Of a stretch of 64,000 bases of DNA, positions 11,729-21,641 are shown piece by piece. A program made the position numbers and the translations under genes. The DNA is from Candidatus Parcubacteria bacterium. GTDB taxonomy: Bacteria > Patescibacteriota > Patescibacteriia > Patescibacteriales > UBA12075. The notes under the pieces are model-generated. The model made no database searches. It saw only the letters and a list, made by a program, of their open reading frames with translations, and was not told the origin of the DNA. The stretch is from NCBI GenBank assembly GCA_963814275.1, contig CAWFCE010000001.1:387307-451306 (forward strand), written 5' to 3'. Numbering within the stretch: position 1 is the stretch's first letter; each line of letters begins with the position of its first letter.

Positions 11729-13099
11729 ATGAAATTACGTAACCAGCGGGAGACGTTTTTTATGGTTTCCCGGAAAAAACATATGCACGAAACCGCTTTA
11801 GCCATAACCCCCGGCATTTTCAGTGCCGCGGGTGCCGTTGCCCTGCTGATATTTCTGGGCGCCTATACTCTCATTATTTTGGAAAAAGTCCATCGGACGA
11901 CGATCGCCATTTTCGGCGCGGCTTTGATGATCATTGCCGGAGTTTTTATGAGCTTCTATTCCCAGGAAGCGGCCATTGCCGAGATCGATTTCAACACCAT
12001 CGGCCTTTTGATCGGTATGATGATAATTGTCGGCGTAACCAAGGACACGGGCCTGTTCCAATACGTGGCGATCCGCGCCGCCAAGCTGGCCAAAGGCGAA
12101 CCCTGGCGGATCATGGTCATGTTTGCCGTTATTACCGCGCTGTTTTCCGCCCTACTCGACAATGTGACGACCGTACTCCTGATGGTGCCGATGACACTCG
12201 TAATTTGCGACCATTTGAACCTCAAACCACTGCCTTTTTTATTTATAGAGATATTCATGAGCAATATCGGCGGCACAGCCACCCTGATCGGTGATCCGCC
12301 GAATATATTGATCGGCAGCGCCGCCGGACTTTCATTTATGGATTTTATTGTCAACCTTACTCCGGTAATAATAATAATTTTCCTCGTGATGATCCCGATC
12401 TTTAAGTTAATATACGGCCGCCATATCACGGCCAGCCAGGAGGACAAAGATTCGATAGCCCGCCTGAACGAACGCGACTCCATCAATGACCCGGTTTTGA
12501 TGAAAAAAGCCCTGGTCGTACTGGCTATCGTTATAATCGGCTTTTTCCTGCACGGGTTCCTACACATGGAGGCGGCGACGATCGCCCTATTCGGGGCGGG
12601 ATTGCTTCTGTTCCTGGACAACAAGAATCCGGAACGGGCGCTTCATGAAGTCGAGTGGACCACGATCTTCTTCTTCGTGGGACTTTTCATCCTGGTCGGA
12701 GGGTTGGTGCAGATCGGGGCGATCAGCTGGGCCGCCCGGCAAATGATCGCGTTGACCAAAGGCAATCTGGCGGTGACTGCCGTCGCCGTATTATGGGGCG
12801 GTGCATTCTTTTCCGCGTTTGTCGATAATATTCCCTTTGTCGCCACGATGATACCGCTGGTGCATGAGATGGGCAGCACATTTTCTAACTTAAATCCGAT
12901 TTGGTGGTCGCTCGCCCTGGGCGCGTGCCTGGGGGGAAACGGCACTTTGGTCGGCGCCAGCGCCAATCTGGTAGTGGCCGGTCTGGCCAGCAAAAGCGGC
13001 TATGAGATCAAATTCAAGGATTTTATGAAAATCGGCCTGCTGGTGATGATAGTGACGGTTGTCATATCGAATATTTATCTTTGGGTAAGGTATCTATAA
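11729..13099 (+). CDS. ArsB/NhaD-superfamily ion permease
   Basis: 456 aa, polytopic, with an internal duplication and motifs such as LLDNVTTVLLMVP and FVDNIPFVATMIP. The start could instead be 11762 or 11783. Confidence 0.75.
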   Translation: MKLRNQRETFFMVSRKKHMHETALAITPGIFSAAGAVALLIFLGAYTLIILEKVHRTTIAIFGAALMIIAGVFMSFYSQEAAIAEIDFNTIGLLIGMMIIVGVTKDTGLFQYVAIRAAKLAKGEPWRIMVMFAVITALFSALLDNVTTVLLMVPMTLVICDHLNLKPLPFLFIEIFMSNIGGTATLIGDPPNILIGSAAGLSFMDFIVNLTPVIIIIFLVMIPIFKLIYGRHITASQEDKDSIARLNERDSINDPVLMKKALVVLAIVIIGFFLHGFLHMEAATIALFGAGLLLFLDNKNPERALHEVEWTTIFFFVGLFILVGGLVQIGAISWAARQMIALTKGNLAVTAVAVLWGGAFFSAFVDNIPFVATMIPLVHEMGSTFSNLNPIWWSLALGACLGGNGTLVGASANLVVAGLASKSGYEIKFKDFMKIGLLVMIVTVVISNIYLWVRYL

Positions 13100-13152
13100 T
13101 TGCGACCGAGCCCTGCTGATAATATAAATATATATTAGAAATTCACGTTTTA

Positions 13153-13240
13153 AGTAAGCAGTAAACAGTAAAAAGTAAGCAGAACTATAATTTTACCAGC
13201 CTCTGTTTACTTTTTACTGTTTACTGCTTACTGTTTTATT
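13153..13240 (+). terminator. Word hairpin terminator (GTAAGCAGTAAACAG words)
   Basis: 13153-13182 pairs with 13203-13233 (about 1 mismatch), followed by TTTTATT. Confidence 0.65.
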
Positions 13241-13279
13241 AGCTGACATTAAGGCTAATTTTTGTTTTTTATTAAGCGC

Positions 13280-13308
13280 TTGACAATTTTCATTTCACTT
13301 TATAAAAT
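13280..13308 (+). promoter_or_regulatory. groESL promoter
   Basis: TTGACA (13280-13285), 17-nt spacer, TAAAAT (13303-13308). Confidence 0.5.
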
Positions 13309-13325
13309 ACATTAATAGAGACGTT

Positions 13326-13352
13326 TTAGCACTCTAAGTCTAATAGTGCTAA
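13326..13352 (+). promoter_or_regulatory. CIRCE operator (HrcA binding site)
   Basis: TTAGCACTC-N9-TAGTGCTAA against the consensus TTAGCACTC-N9-GAGTGCTAA. It lies between the promoter and groES. Confidence 0.85.
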
Positions 13353-13457
13353 TAAAATTTATCGTAAATTAGTAAAAATTATTAATAATATAATTAACAA
13401 GACGGTTCGTTGGGGGCGGTGTTTCGTCCTCATGGTCCGTATTGTTTCTGCCGGTTT

Positions 13458-13748
13458 ATGAAGATCAAACCGATTAACGACAAAGTGGTGGTTAAACCCA
13501 TCTCCCAGGACGAGGTAACCAAAAGCGGCATCGTCCTGCCGGACACGGTCGATAAAGAACGTCCGGAAAAAGGCGAGGTTATCGCGGTTGGCGAAGGCAA
13601 GCCGCTCGATAACGGCCAGCGCATGCCAATGAGCGTGAAGATCGGGGATACGGTTATGTTCAAGAAATATTCCCCGGACGAAATCAAGATCGATGACGAG
13701 GAATATCTGGTCATAAGCGAGGGGGATATTTTGGCGATTATTAATTAA
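13458..13748 (+). CDS. groES: Co-chaperonin GroES
   Basis: ORF 13410-13748 trimmed to the ATG at 13458 (MKIKPINDKVVVKP...GIVLPDT). Confidence 0.95.
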   Translation: MKIKPINDKVVVKPISQDEVTKSGIVLPDTVDKERPEKGEVIAVGEGKPLDNGQRMPMSVKIGDTVMFKKYSPDEIKIDDEEYLVISEGDILAIIN

Positions 13749-13814
13749 TTCCTAAGACCTTAATTTTATTTCCTGGTTAATTGTAAATCAGGGATTAGAA
13801 ATTAAGAATTTTGA

Positions 13815-15479
<1,665 letters not shown>

Positions 15480-15533
15480 TAAACGACGGATAGGCACGGA
15501 ATTGTAACTGATTTACACGAATAATTTAAATAT

Positions 15534-15565
15534 GAAAACAGAGCTTATTGGCTCTGTTTTCATTT
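15534..15565 (+). terminator. Intrinsic terminator after groEL
   Basis: GAAAACAGAGC-TTATTG-GCTCTGTTTTC, followed by ATTT. Confidence 0.7.
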
Positions 15566-15754
15566 GCCTGGATTTGGGAATTATTGTATAATTTAATTGA
15601 TATATGGATTGATTTTGTTTAAATTAGGGAATTCTACAAGGAATTAAATTAATGCTTTCTAATTGTTTTAAGAAAACAGATAGTTGGCAGCAGAATGATA
15701 TAATATCTGTTTTTTTAAGATAAATTTTGTTTTCTGCTGTTTGTTTTCTGAGGT

Positions 15755-16813
15755 ATGGATATTAAGAGACCGATTTATATCAATATTACGACCATGACGA
15801 TCGTTAAGATCGTGCTGGTTTTGCTTTTGTTTTATTTTCTTTATCTTATCCGCGAGATATTGGCGGTATTGTTCATATCGCTGATCCTGGCGAGCGCAGT
15901 CGATCCTTGGGTTGATTGGCTGCAGGCACGGAAGGTACCGCGGGCAGTAGGGATTTTTTTGATCTATGTGGCGATGTTTGCCGCCGTAATAGTGGTAATT
16001 TACCTGGTCGTGCCGCCAATCGTGGTGCAAGTAAATGAACTGGCGCATAATTTTCCGGCGATATTCGAGAAGGTAATATCCGGAGTCGAATCTTTGAGGC
16101 AATTTTCCCTCGAGTACGGGATATTGGATAATTTAAAAAACAGCTTGGCTTCCATTACCGGTAATCTTCAGGGCGCTGCCGGCGGCGTCCTCTCGACCGT
16201 AAGCGGTATTTTCGGCGGAATTGTCACTTTTTTTCTGATCTTGGTCATTACGTTTTACATGGTAGTCGAGGAAAATGCGATGAAAAAAGTCGTCTGGTCG
16301 GTCGTGCCCGAACAGCATCAAGTATATGTCATGCAGCTTATCAATCGGATGCAGAAAAAAGTTGGATTGTGGCTCCGGGGGCAGCTGATACTCTCTTTTA
16401 TCATATTTTGCTTGATATTTGCCGCTCTTGAAACCATCCATCTCGTTACGGGGCAAATGGAATACGCCTTGGTTTTAGCGCTTTTGGCCGGTCTGACCGA
16501 ATTCGTTCCGTATTTAGGGCCGATAATGGCGGCTATTCCCGCGATTTTTTTGGCTTTGACCCAATCTCCGCTTCTGGCTGTCATTGTGGGCTTGACCTAC
16601 TATGTCATCCAGTTGGCTGAGAACAATATTATTGTTCCGAAGCTGATGCAAAAAGTGGTCGGCTTGAATCCGATCGTCAGCATTGCGGTCTTGATAATCG
16701 GTTTCAAAATCGGCGGCATCGTCGGAGCGGTACTTTCCATTCCTGTCGCTACAGCCGTTAGCGTATTTGTGCGCGACATTTTCGAGCGTCGGACGGCTGA
16801 GAAAGAAGAATAA
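15755..16813 (+). CDS. AI-2E family transporter (PerM/YhhT-like)
   Basis: 352 aa, polytopic. The layout is typical of the family, including the C-terminal EFVPYLGPIMAAIPA motif. Confidence 0.8.
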   Translation: MDIKRPIYINITTMTIVKIVLVLLLFYFLYLIREILAVLFISLILASAVDPWVDWLQARKVPRAVGIFLIYVAMFAAVIVVIYLVVPPIVVQVNELAHNFPAIFEKVISGVESLRQFSLEYGILDNLKNSLASITGNLQGAAGGVLSTVSGIFGGIVTFFLILVITFYMVVEENAMKKVVWSVVPEQHQVYVMQLINRMQKKVGLWLRGQLILSFIIFCLIFAALETIHLVTGQMEYALVLALLAGLTEFVPYLGPIMAAIPAIFLALTQSPLLAVIVGLTYYVIQLAENNIIVPKLMQKVVGLNPIVSIAVLIIGFKIGGIVGAVLSIPVATAVSVFVRDIFERRTAEKEE

Positions 16814-16816
16814 GAT

Positions 16817-19057
16817 ATGCAAAAAACCCTTAAAATAGGTCTAATCGGAATGGCGGTTATCCTGCCATATTTTTTTCTACCCTGGTCCCTGAATCGCGCC
16901 GGAATCGACAATCTCAACAAGTCATATCTGCTTTGGCTGATAGTTCCCGTGATCTTGGCTATGTGGTGGTATTCCGGCCTAAGGCAAGGCGAATATCGCG
17001 TCCGTTGGTCGCCCTTGGCTATTCTGCTGTTTTCGTTCTGCGCAGTGATGGCCTTGGCAGCCACTTTCGGTCTCGATACATACATTTCATTTTTCGGTTC
17101 GCCCGGTAGCGGCCAATCGCCGCTTTTTACCCTGTTATCACTGTGCGTTTTGTATCTCGTTCTCTCGAATATTTTCACCAATAAGGCATGGCGGGGCCAA
17201 TTCATTTCCGCCATGATCTGGTCATTTACCGCAGGGACAGGTATCGTTTCCGTTTTGCTTTTGTTGGGCTGGACCAAGATATTGCCGGTTGGCAGCCCGG
17301 TATACCAGGTCTTGCGTATGGCTGTCGGTACGCTGGAATACTGGTCGATATATTTATCCGTAATGGCCGCGGCGGTTTTTGGTATTTTTTTGTCGCCGGA
17401 TGCGCTTGTCCGCTGGCTGCCGAAACGATCCGCGAGATTATTCGCGGGCGGGGCGCTGCTTGCCTCGTTCTTCCAATTAGTGCTTTTTAATTTTATTCCT
17501 GCCTGGATTTGTTTCGGCGCCGGAATAGCCGCGGCTTACTTGAGCGTCAATCTGGCAGTCCCAAAAATAAGCCGAACTTGGCGCGGAACCAATCGAACCG
17601 TAATAATGGTCGTTGTTGCCGGCCTGTTCCTGTTTATGGACATTAGCGCCCTGGGAGCCAGTGTTACCACCCGCCGCCTGGCCGGACAGTTGCAGCTGGG
17701 TTTGGCCGATACCTCCCGAATTGCCGGCCAAGCGTTTCTTAGCCGGCCATTATTAGGTTTCGGCAGCGAGCATTTCAGTACGGTTTTTTCCCGTTTTCGA
17801 CCGACAGATTTCAATAATTCGCCTTTTTGGTATGTCCGCTTCAATGGCGGCGCTTCCTACCTATTGGATATACTGGTTTCTGCCGGTGTATTGGGCATAG
17901 CGGCATATTTGTCGGTACTGTTTTATTTGATCATACGTTTTCGCCGCTGGTACAGGCAGAAATCCCCCGAGAGCGGACAGTTGACCGGTTTTCTGTCCGG
18001 ATCCCTAGCCGCACTGATTGCCGGACAAATAGTATTTGCGATGGATATAACGCTTTTGTTCCTGTTTTTTGTGTTTATTGCCATCGTCGAGTCCTTGAAT
18101 TATGAAAAAGAAAGCGATCCGTTTTTTTTGATAAACCATGGTTCTTACCGCGTGTATTACGGAGCGGTTTTGGGAGCTTTGATTTTGTTTTCGGCCTGGT
18201 TCGGAACCGACATCTGGCTTCTCAGGCATTGGGCCGCGGTATATTATTATTCCGTGGGTATCGGGGATCCGTCCGCGGCAATAGAACATCCGGCAAATTT
18301 AGCCTATTTAAACCGCGCTATAGATTTGAATCCTTATATTTACCAATATCAATTAGCTGCCGCCAAGTATTATAAGGATCGCGCCCTGGACGTAAGCGCC
18401 GTAAACGACACCGCTGCCTTAAAAAATATGGAAACCGACGTTAATGCCGCTCTGGGTCTGGCCCGTAAGGCGATAGTAACTGCGCCATATGCCGTGGCGC
18501 CGTATGAAACCCTGGCGACGATCTATCGCGACCTGGTACCGTACTCGCCGGACAGCGCGAGTCAGGCGATATCGGTTTTTGTCCAGGCGGCAGGGAAAGA
18601 GCCGAGCAATCCGGTCTTACCGGCTGAATTGGGTAAATTGGAGCTGGAACAGGGAATTACTGACAGCGCTATTGCCCATTTGGAAACCGCCCGTGCGCTC
18701 AAACCGAATTATGCCAGCGTAAATTTTCAGCTCGCCCGCGCCTATATCGCCGCCGGCCGTGAGGCCGATGCGCTGCCGATCCTGGACCAGTTGGCCCAGG
18801 AAAGTCCAAGCGCCGATATTTATTATGAACAGGGCCGGGCCGACTTCAACCTTAAGCGTTATGAGCAGGCGATAGAACGTTTTGGGCAGGCAATCGTCCT
18901 AAATCCTCTTCATGCCAACGCGCTTTATTCCCTTGGCCTTTCCTACGAAGCGCTGGGCGAGAATAAAGAGGCGCTGTATTACTACAATAAGGTCGCTGAC
19001 CTCAATCCGGATGATGAGGGAGTGAAAACGAAGGTCAAAGCGCTTGAAGGGAATTGA
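16817..19057 (+). CDS. O-antigen-ligase-like polytopic membrane protein with C-terminal TPR repeats
   Basis: 746 aa. About 10 or more TM helices are followed by TPR-like repeats (ARAYIAAGREADALPILDQL, YEQAIERFGQAIVLNPLHANALYSLGLSYEALGENKEALYYYNKV). Confidence 0.5.
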   Translation: MQKTLKIGLIGMAVILPYFFLPWSLNRAGIDNLNKSYLLWLIVPVILAMWWYSGLRQGEYRVRWSPLAILLFSFCAVMALAATFGLDTYISFFGSPGSGQSPLFTLLSLCVLYLVLSNIFTNKAWRGQFISAMIWSFTAGTGIVSVLLLLGWTKILPVGSPVYQVLRMAVGTLEYWSIYLSVMAAAVFGIFLSPDALVRWLPKRSARLFAGGALLASFFQLVLFNFIPAWICFGAGIAAAYLSVNLAVPKISRTWRGTNRTVIMVVVAGLFLFMDISALGASVTTRRLAGQLQLGLADTSRIAGQAFLSRPLLGFGSEHFSTVFSRFRPTDFNNSPFWYVRFNGGASYLLDILVSAGVLGIAAYLSVLFYLIIRFRRWYRQKSPESGQLTGFLSGSLAALIAGQIVFAMDITLLFLFFVFIAIVESLNYEKESDPFFLINHGSYRVYYGAVLGALILFSAWFGTDIWLLRHWAAVYYYSVGIGDPSAAIEHPANLAYLNRAIDLNPYIYQYQLAAAKYYKDRALDVSAVNDTAALKNMETDVNAALGLARKAIVTAPYAVAPYETLATIYRDLVPYSPDSASQAISVFVQAAGKEPSNPVLPAELGKLELEQGITDSAIAHLETARALKPNYASVNFQLARAYIAAGREADALPILDQLAQESPSADIYYEQGRADFNLKRYEQAIERFGQAIVLNPLHANALYSLGLSYEALGENKEALYYYNKVADLNPDDEGVKTKVKALEGN

Positions 19058-19078
19058 ATATAAATTGTATGAATCTAC

Positions 19079-19676
19079 TATTCCTCGGGGCTCTGCCCCG
19101 GGGTTTCCTTCAGGAGGGAAAGTTTGAAAACCGTAGGTTTTCAAGAGGTTGATTAACAGCTAAACTATGTATATATGGATAAAGATGATAAACATATATA
19201 CAAAAGGCACAGCAAGACATTGCTACTCTACCACATAGTTTTTCCTGTAAAATATCGACGCTCTATTCTAACTCCTGAAGTTGAAAATTCATTGAAAGAT
19301 ATTTGTCTGGAAATTGGAATTTGCTATGAAATGAATTTTGTAGAAATCGGAGCCGACGAAAATCACGTACACTATTTAGTCCAGGGAATTCCAAGCATGT
19401 CGGTTTCAGAAATGGTGAAAACGATCAAAAGCATAACTGGAAAAGGGCTATTCAAGAAGCATCCGGAAATCAGGAAAATATTGTGGGGTGGAAATCTTTG
19501 GACATCAGGTTTTTATGCAAACACGGTCGGACAATACGGTAATGAAAAGATGATTAAGGAATATATCGAAAAACAGGGCGGAAGCTACAAAAAGATACAC
19601 GAAGGTCAGCTAAAACTGTTTGATTAACAAAAACATCGGAACATCCCCGATACCTCGGGGCTCTGCCCCGGGGTAA
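19079..19676 (+). mobile_element. IS200/IS605-family insertion sequence
   Basis: A Y1 transposase gene is flanked on both sides by the same motif CCTCGGGGCTCTGCCCCGGGG (19083-19103 and 19652-19672), which forms a GGGGC/GCCCC hairpin. Confidence 0.8.
19175..19627 (+). CDS. tnpA: IS200/IS605 family transposase TnpA (HUH Y1)
   Basis: 150 aa. Contains LLLYHIVFPVKYRR, HVHYLVQ (HUH) and GFYANTVGQYG (catalytic Tyr region). Confidence 0.9.
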   Translation: MDKDDKHIYKRHSKTLLLYHIVFPVKYRRSILTPEVENSLKDICLEIGICYEMNFVEIGADENHVHYLVQGIPSMSVSEMVKTIKSITGKGLFKKHPEIRKILWGGNLWTSGFYANTVGQYGNEKMIKEYIEKQGGSYKKIHEGQLKLFD

Positions 19677-19682
19677 TTCATT

Positions 19683-19718
19683 AAAAACACTGGCCCTAAA
19701 AAGGCCAGTGTTTTTTTA
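19683..19718. terminator. Bidirectional hairpin terminator
   Basis: AAAAACACTGGCC-CTAAAAA-GGCCAGTGTTTTT, with A and T tracts on the two sides. It lies between the IS200 element and the 3' end of tRNA-Leu. Confidence 0.7.
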
Positions 19719-19743
19719 TATTCTATTATGAGTAATATATCCG

Positions 19744-19827
19744 TGCCCAGGGAGGGAATCGAACCCTCATGAGATTACTCCCACACGATTTTGAGTCGTG
19801 CGCGTCTACCAATTCCGCCACCTGGGC
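19744..19827 (-). tRNA. tRNA-Leu(CAA), intact, class II
   Basis: The reverse complement folds by hand into a cloverleaf. Acceptor stem GCCCAGG/CCTGGGC. The D region GGCGGAATTGGTAGACGCG matches my recollection of E. coli tRNA-Leu. Anticodon loop CTCAAAA, long variable arm, T arm GAGGG-TTCGATT-CCCTC. No CCA is encoded. Confidence 0.9.
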
Positions 19828-20066
19828 TAATGTATAGATTTAATATATTCTCTGCCGCAGCCCGATTTTAAAAATATTTCTCTTTTTCTTGCTTCGGCTC
19901 TTGATGAATATTTTTCAACTATTAAAGTTGTAAAAGGTCTATATGGTTTAGTAGTTTTATTATAGCCATAATTATGTTGTTTTATTCTTCTTGCCGGGTT
20001 ATCAGAAATGCCGATGTAAATGTAATTAAGTTTTAAGCTTTTAATAGCGTATACAAAGTAATCCAT
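19827..20066 (-). CDS. GIY-YIG nuclease family protein (79 aa, URI/COG2827-like), copy 1
   Basis: Contains YFVYAIKS...NYIYIGISDNPARRIKQHN...SRAEARKREIFLK. The TAG stop shares one nucleotide with G1 of the intact tRNA-Leu. Confidence 0.85.
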   Translation of the reverse strand: MDYFVYAIKSLKLNYIYIGISDNPARRIKQHNYGYNKTTKPYRPFTTLIVEKYSSRAEARKREIFLKSGCGREYIKSIH

Positions 20067-20130
20067 GTCGATTTTGAGCCTGCCTGCCGGCAGGCAGGTC
20101 GTGCGCGTCTACCAATTCCGCCACCTGGGC
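20067..20130 (-). other. tRNA-Leu 5' fragment disrupted by the 20-nt palindrome (copy 1)
   Basis: It is identical to tRNA-Leu from nt 1 to the end of the 5' anticodon-stem strand. CCTGCCTGCCGGCAGGCAGG (20079-20098) follows, then CTCAAAATCG, then AC plus the ORF ATG. Confidence 0.9.
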
Positions 20131-20369
20131 TAATGTATAGATTTAATATATTCTCTGCCGCAGCCCGATTTTAAAAATATTTCCCTTTTTCTTGCTTCGG
20201 CTCTTGATGAATATTTTTCAACTATTAAAGTTGTAAAAGGTCTATATGGTTTAGTAGTTTTATTATAGCCATAATTATGTTGTTTTATTCTTCTTGCCGG
20301 GTTATCAGAAATGCCGATGTAAATGTAATTAAGTTTTAAGCTTTTAATAGCGTATACAAAGTAATCCAT
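20130..20369 (-). CDS. GIY-YIG nuclease family protein, copy 2
   Basis: Its protein is identical to copy 1. There is one synonymous nucleotide difference (20184 c versus 19881 t). Confidence 0.85.
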   Translation of the reverse strand: MDYFVYAIKSLKLNYIYIGISDNPARRIKQHNYGYNKTTKPYRPFTTLIVEKYSSRAEARKREIFLKSGCGREYIKSIH

Positions 20370-20433
20370 GTCGATTTTGAGCCTGCCTGCCGGCAGGCAG
20401 GTCGTGCGCGTCTACCAATTCCGCCACCTGGGC
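20370..20433 (-). other. tRNA-Leu 5' fragment disrupted by the 20-nt palindrome (copy 2)
   Basis: Same structure as 20067-20130, with the palindrome at 20382-20401. Confidence 0.9.
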
Positions 20434-20749
20434 CTTTTAAATTTCGAATTGCGATTTTCGATTTACGAATTATTTTTGTCTTAATTTGGTATACAAATAT
20501 TAGCAAAAAAATAAATAACTGCTATCTATCGCAGTTAATTACTGTAGAAATTATAAGGGAAAAATTAAAAAAAGTCAAAATTTGCCAAAACAAGCCGATT
20601 ACGTTATAATAAAGCAGATGAATTGTTGTATGGACAGTAATGAATATAAAAAGGGAATGTGGTTTGCTGCGATTATTCACGGCTGGCATCGTAGTGATAA
20701 ATAACAGCAAATTGGAGCAAAAATTAATTAAGATCTCCGATTCACAAAT

Positions 20750-21514
20750 ATGGGCAGAATAATATCCATCGTCAATCAAAAGGGGGGGGTTGGCAAAACC
20801 ACGACCGCGGTTAACCTGGGGGCATATTTGGCGCACTTCGGCAAACATGTACTTCTGGTCGATATCGATCCGCAGGCCAACGCTACCTCGGGGATCGGCA
20901 TTGATCACCGCAGTTTGCCGCACGGCGTCTACGAAGCGATCATTGGTCAGAAGCCTTTTTATAGCATAATCAAGCATACCCTGCAGGATAAATACAAAGT
21001 AGCGCCTTCTTCGATTTCCCTGGCCGGTGCCGGTATCGAGCTGGTAACGATGGAAGACCGCGAATACCGTTTGGCCAAAGCGCTCGAAGAAATTCGCAAT
21101 GAATATGACTATATTATCATCGACGGGCCGCCGTCGCTTGGGCTTTTGACCGTGAACAGTCTGGTGGCGGCCGATGAGGTATTGATCCCGATCCAAAGCG
21201 AATATTACGCCCTGGAAGGCTTGAGCCAGCTGCTCGAAACCATCGGCCTGGTGCAGAACCACCTTAAGCCGGAACTGGCTATCCTGGGCGCGGTAATCAC
21301 GCTTTACGATCCCCGCAACCGCCTGTCCCGTTCGGTCATGAGCGAGCTGTACCAGTATTTTCCCAACCGGGTATTCCGTTCGGTCATCCCGCGGAGCGTC
21401 CGCCTGGCCGAGGCCCCCAGCTACGGCCGCTCGATCCTGCACTATGACCCGAAATCCAAGGGGGCGAAGGCGTATGAAAGATTGGCGAGGGAATTGATAG
21501 AGCAAGATAGATAA
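20750..21514 (+). CDS. parA: Chromosome partitioning ATPase ParA/Soj
   Basis: Deviant Walker A NQKGGVGKTTTAVNL. 254 aa. Confidence 0.95.
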   Translation: MGRIISIVNQKGGVGKTTTAVNLGAYLAHFGKHVLLVDIDPQANATSGIGIDHRSLPHGVYEAIIGQKPFYSIIKHTLQDKYKVAPSSISLAGAGIELVTMEDREYRLAKALEEIRNEYDYIIIDGPPSLGLLTVNSLVAADEVLIPIQSEYYALEGLSQLLETIGLVQNHLKPELAILGAVITLYDPRNRLSRSVMSELYQYFPNRVFRSVIPRSVRLAEAPSYGRSILHYDPKSKGAKAYERLARELIEQDR

Positions 21515-21641
21515 TTCTACACAGATATAATTAACAAAAAGATACAAGAAACAAGTTACAAGATACAAAAGTTTATTACGGATTTAATTTTTCGATATTT
21601 TTGTGTCTTGTATCTTGTATCTTGGTAATTAAAGCAAATAT

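Larger units (their letters stand above)
19828..20433 (-). repeat. Two head-to-tail 303-bp units (tRNA-Leu 5' fragment + palindrome + GIY-YIG ORF)
   Basis: 19828-20130 and 20131-20433 show one observed mismatch. Confidence 0.9.

Noticed and set aside
19828-20433. tRNA-Leu interrupted by a group I intron carrying a homing endonuclease.
   Set aside because: The tRNA at 19744-19827 is complete and uninterrupted. Each ORF-containing unit is followed by another tRNA 5' half rather than a 3' exon. The non-ORF part of each unit is about 60 nt, far too short for a group I core. The intron layout therefore does not fit.
20618-20704. 28-codon ORF (MNCCMDSNEYKKGMWFAAIIHGWHRSDK) in the putative parA leader, downstream of a TTGCCA-17-TATAAT promoter-like site.
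   Set aside because: It has no Shine-Dalgarno sequence and no recognisable motif. An ORF of this size is expected by chance in a 190-nt spacer. It is kept only as a note.
20522-21568. 348-aa ORF on the minus strand. Other long antisense ORFs are similar: 2063-2794, 6020-6826, 14417-15190, 16600-17277, 34565-35572, 40722-41528 and 54191-55000.
   Set aside because: Each lies entirely antisense to a strongly identified gene (parA, atpB, atpG, groEL, the ligase-like gene, surface proteins, mreB). Each has an Arg/His/Asp/Gly-rich low-complexity translation typical of the shadow frame of GC-rich coding sequence. None has an independent start context or recognisable motifs.
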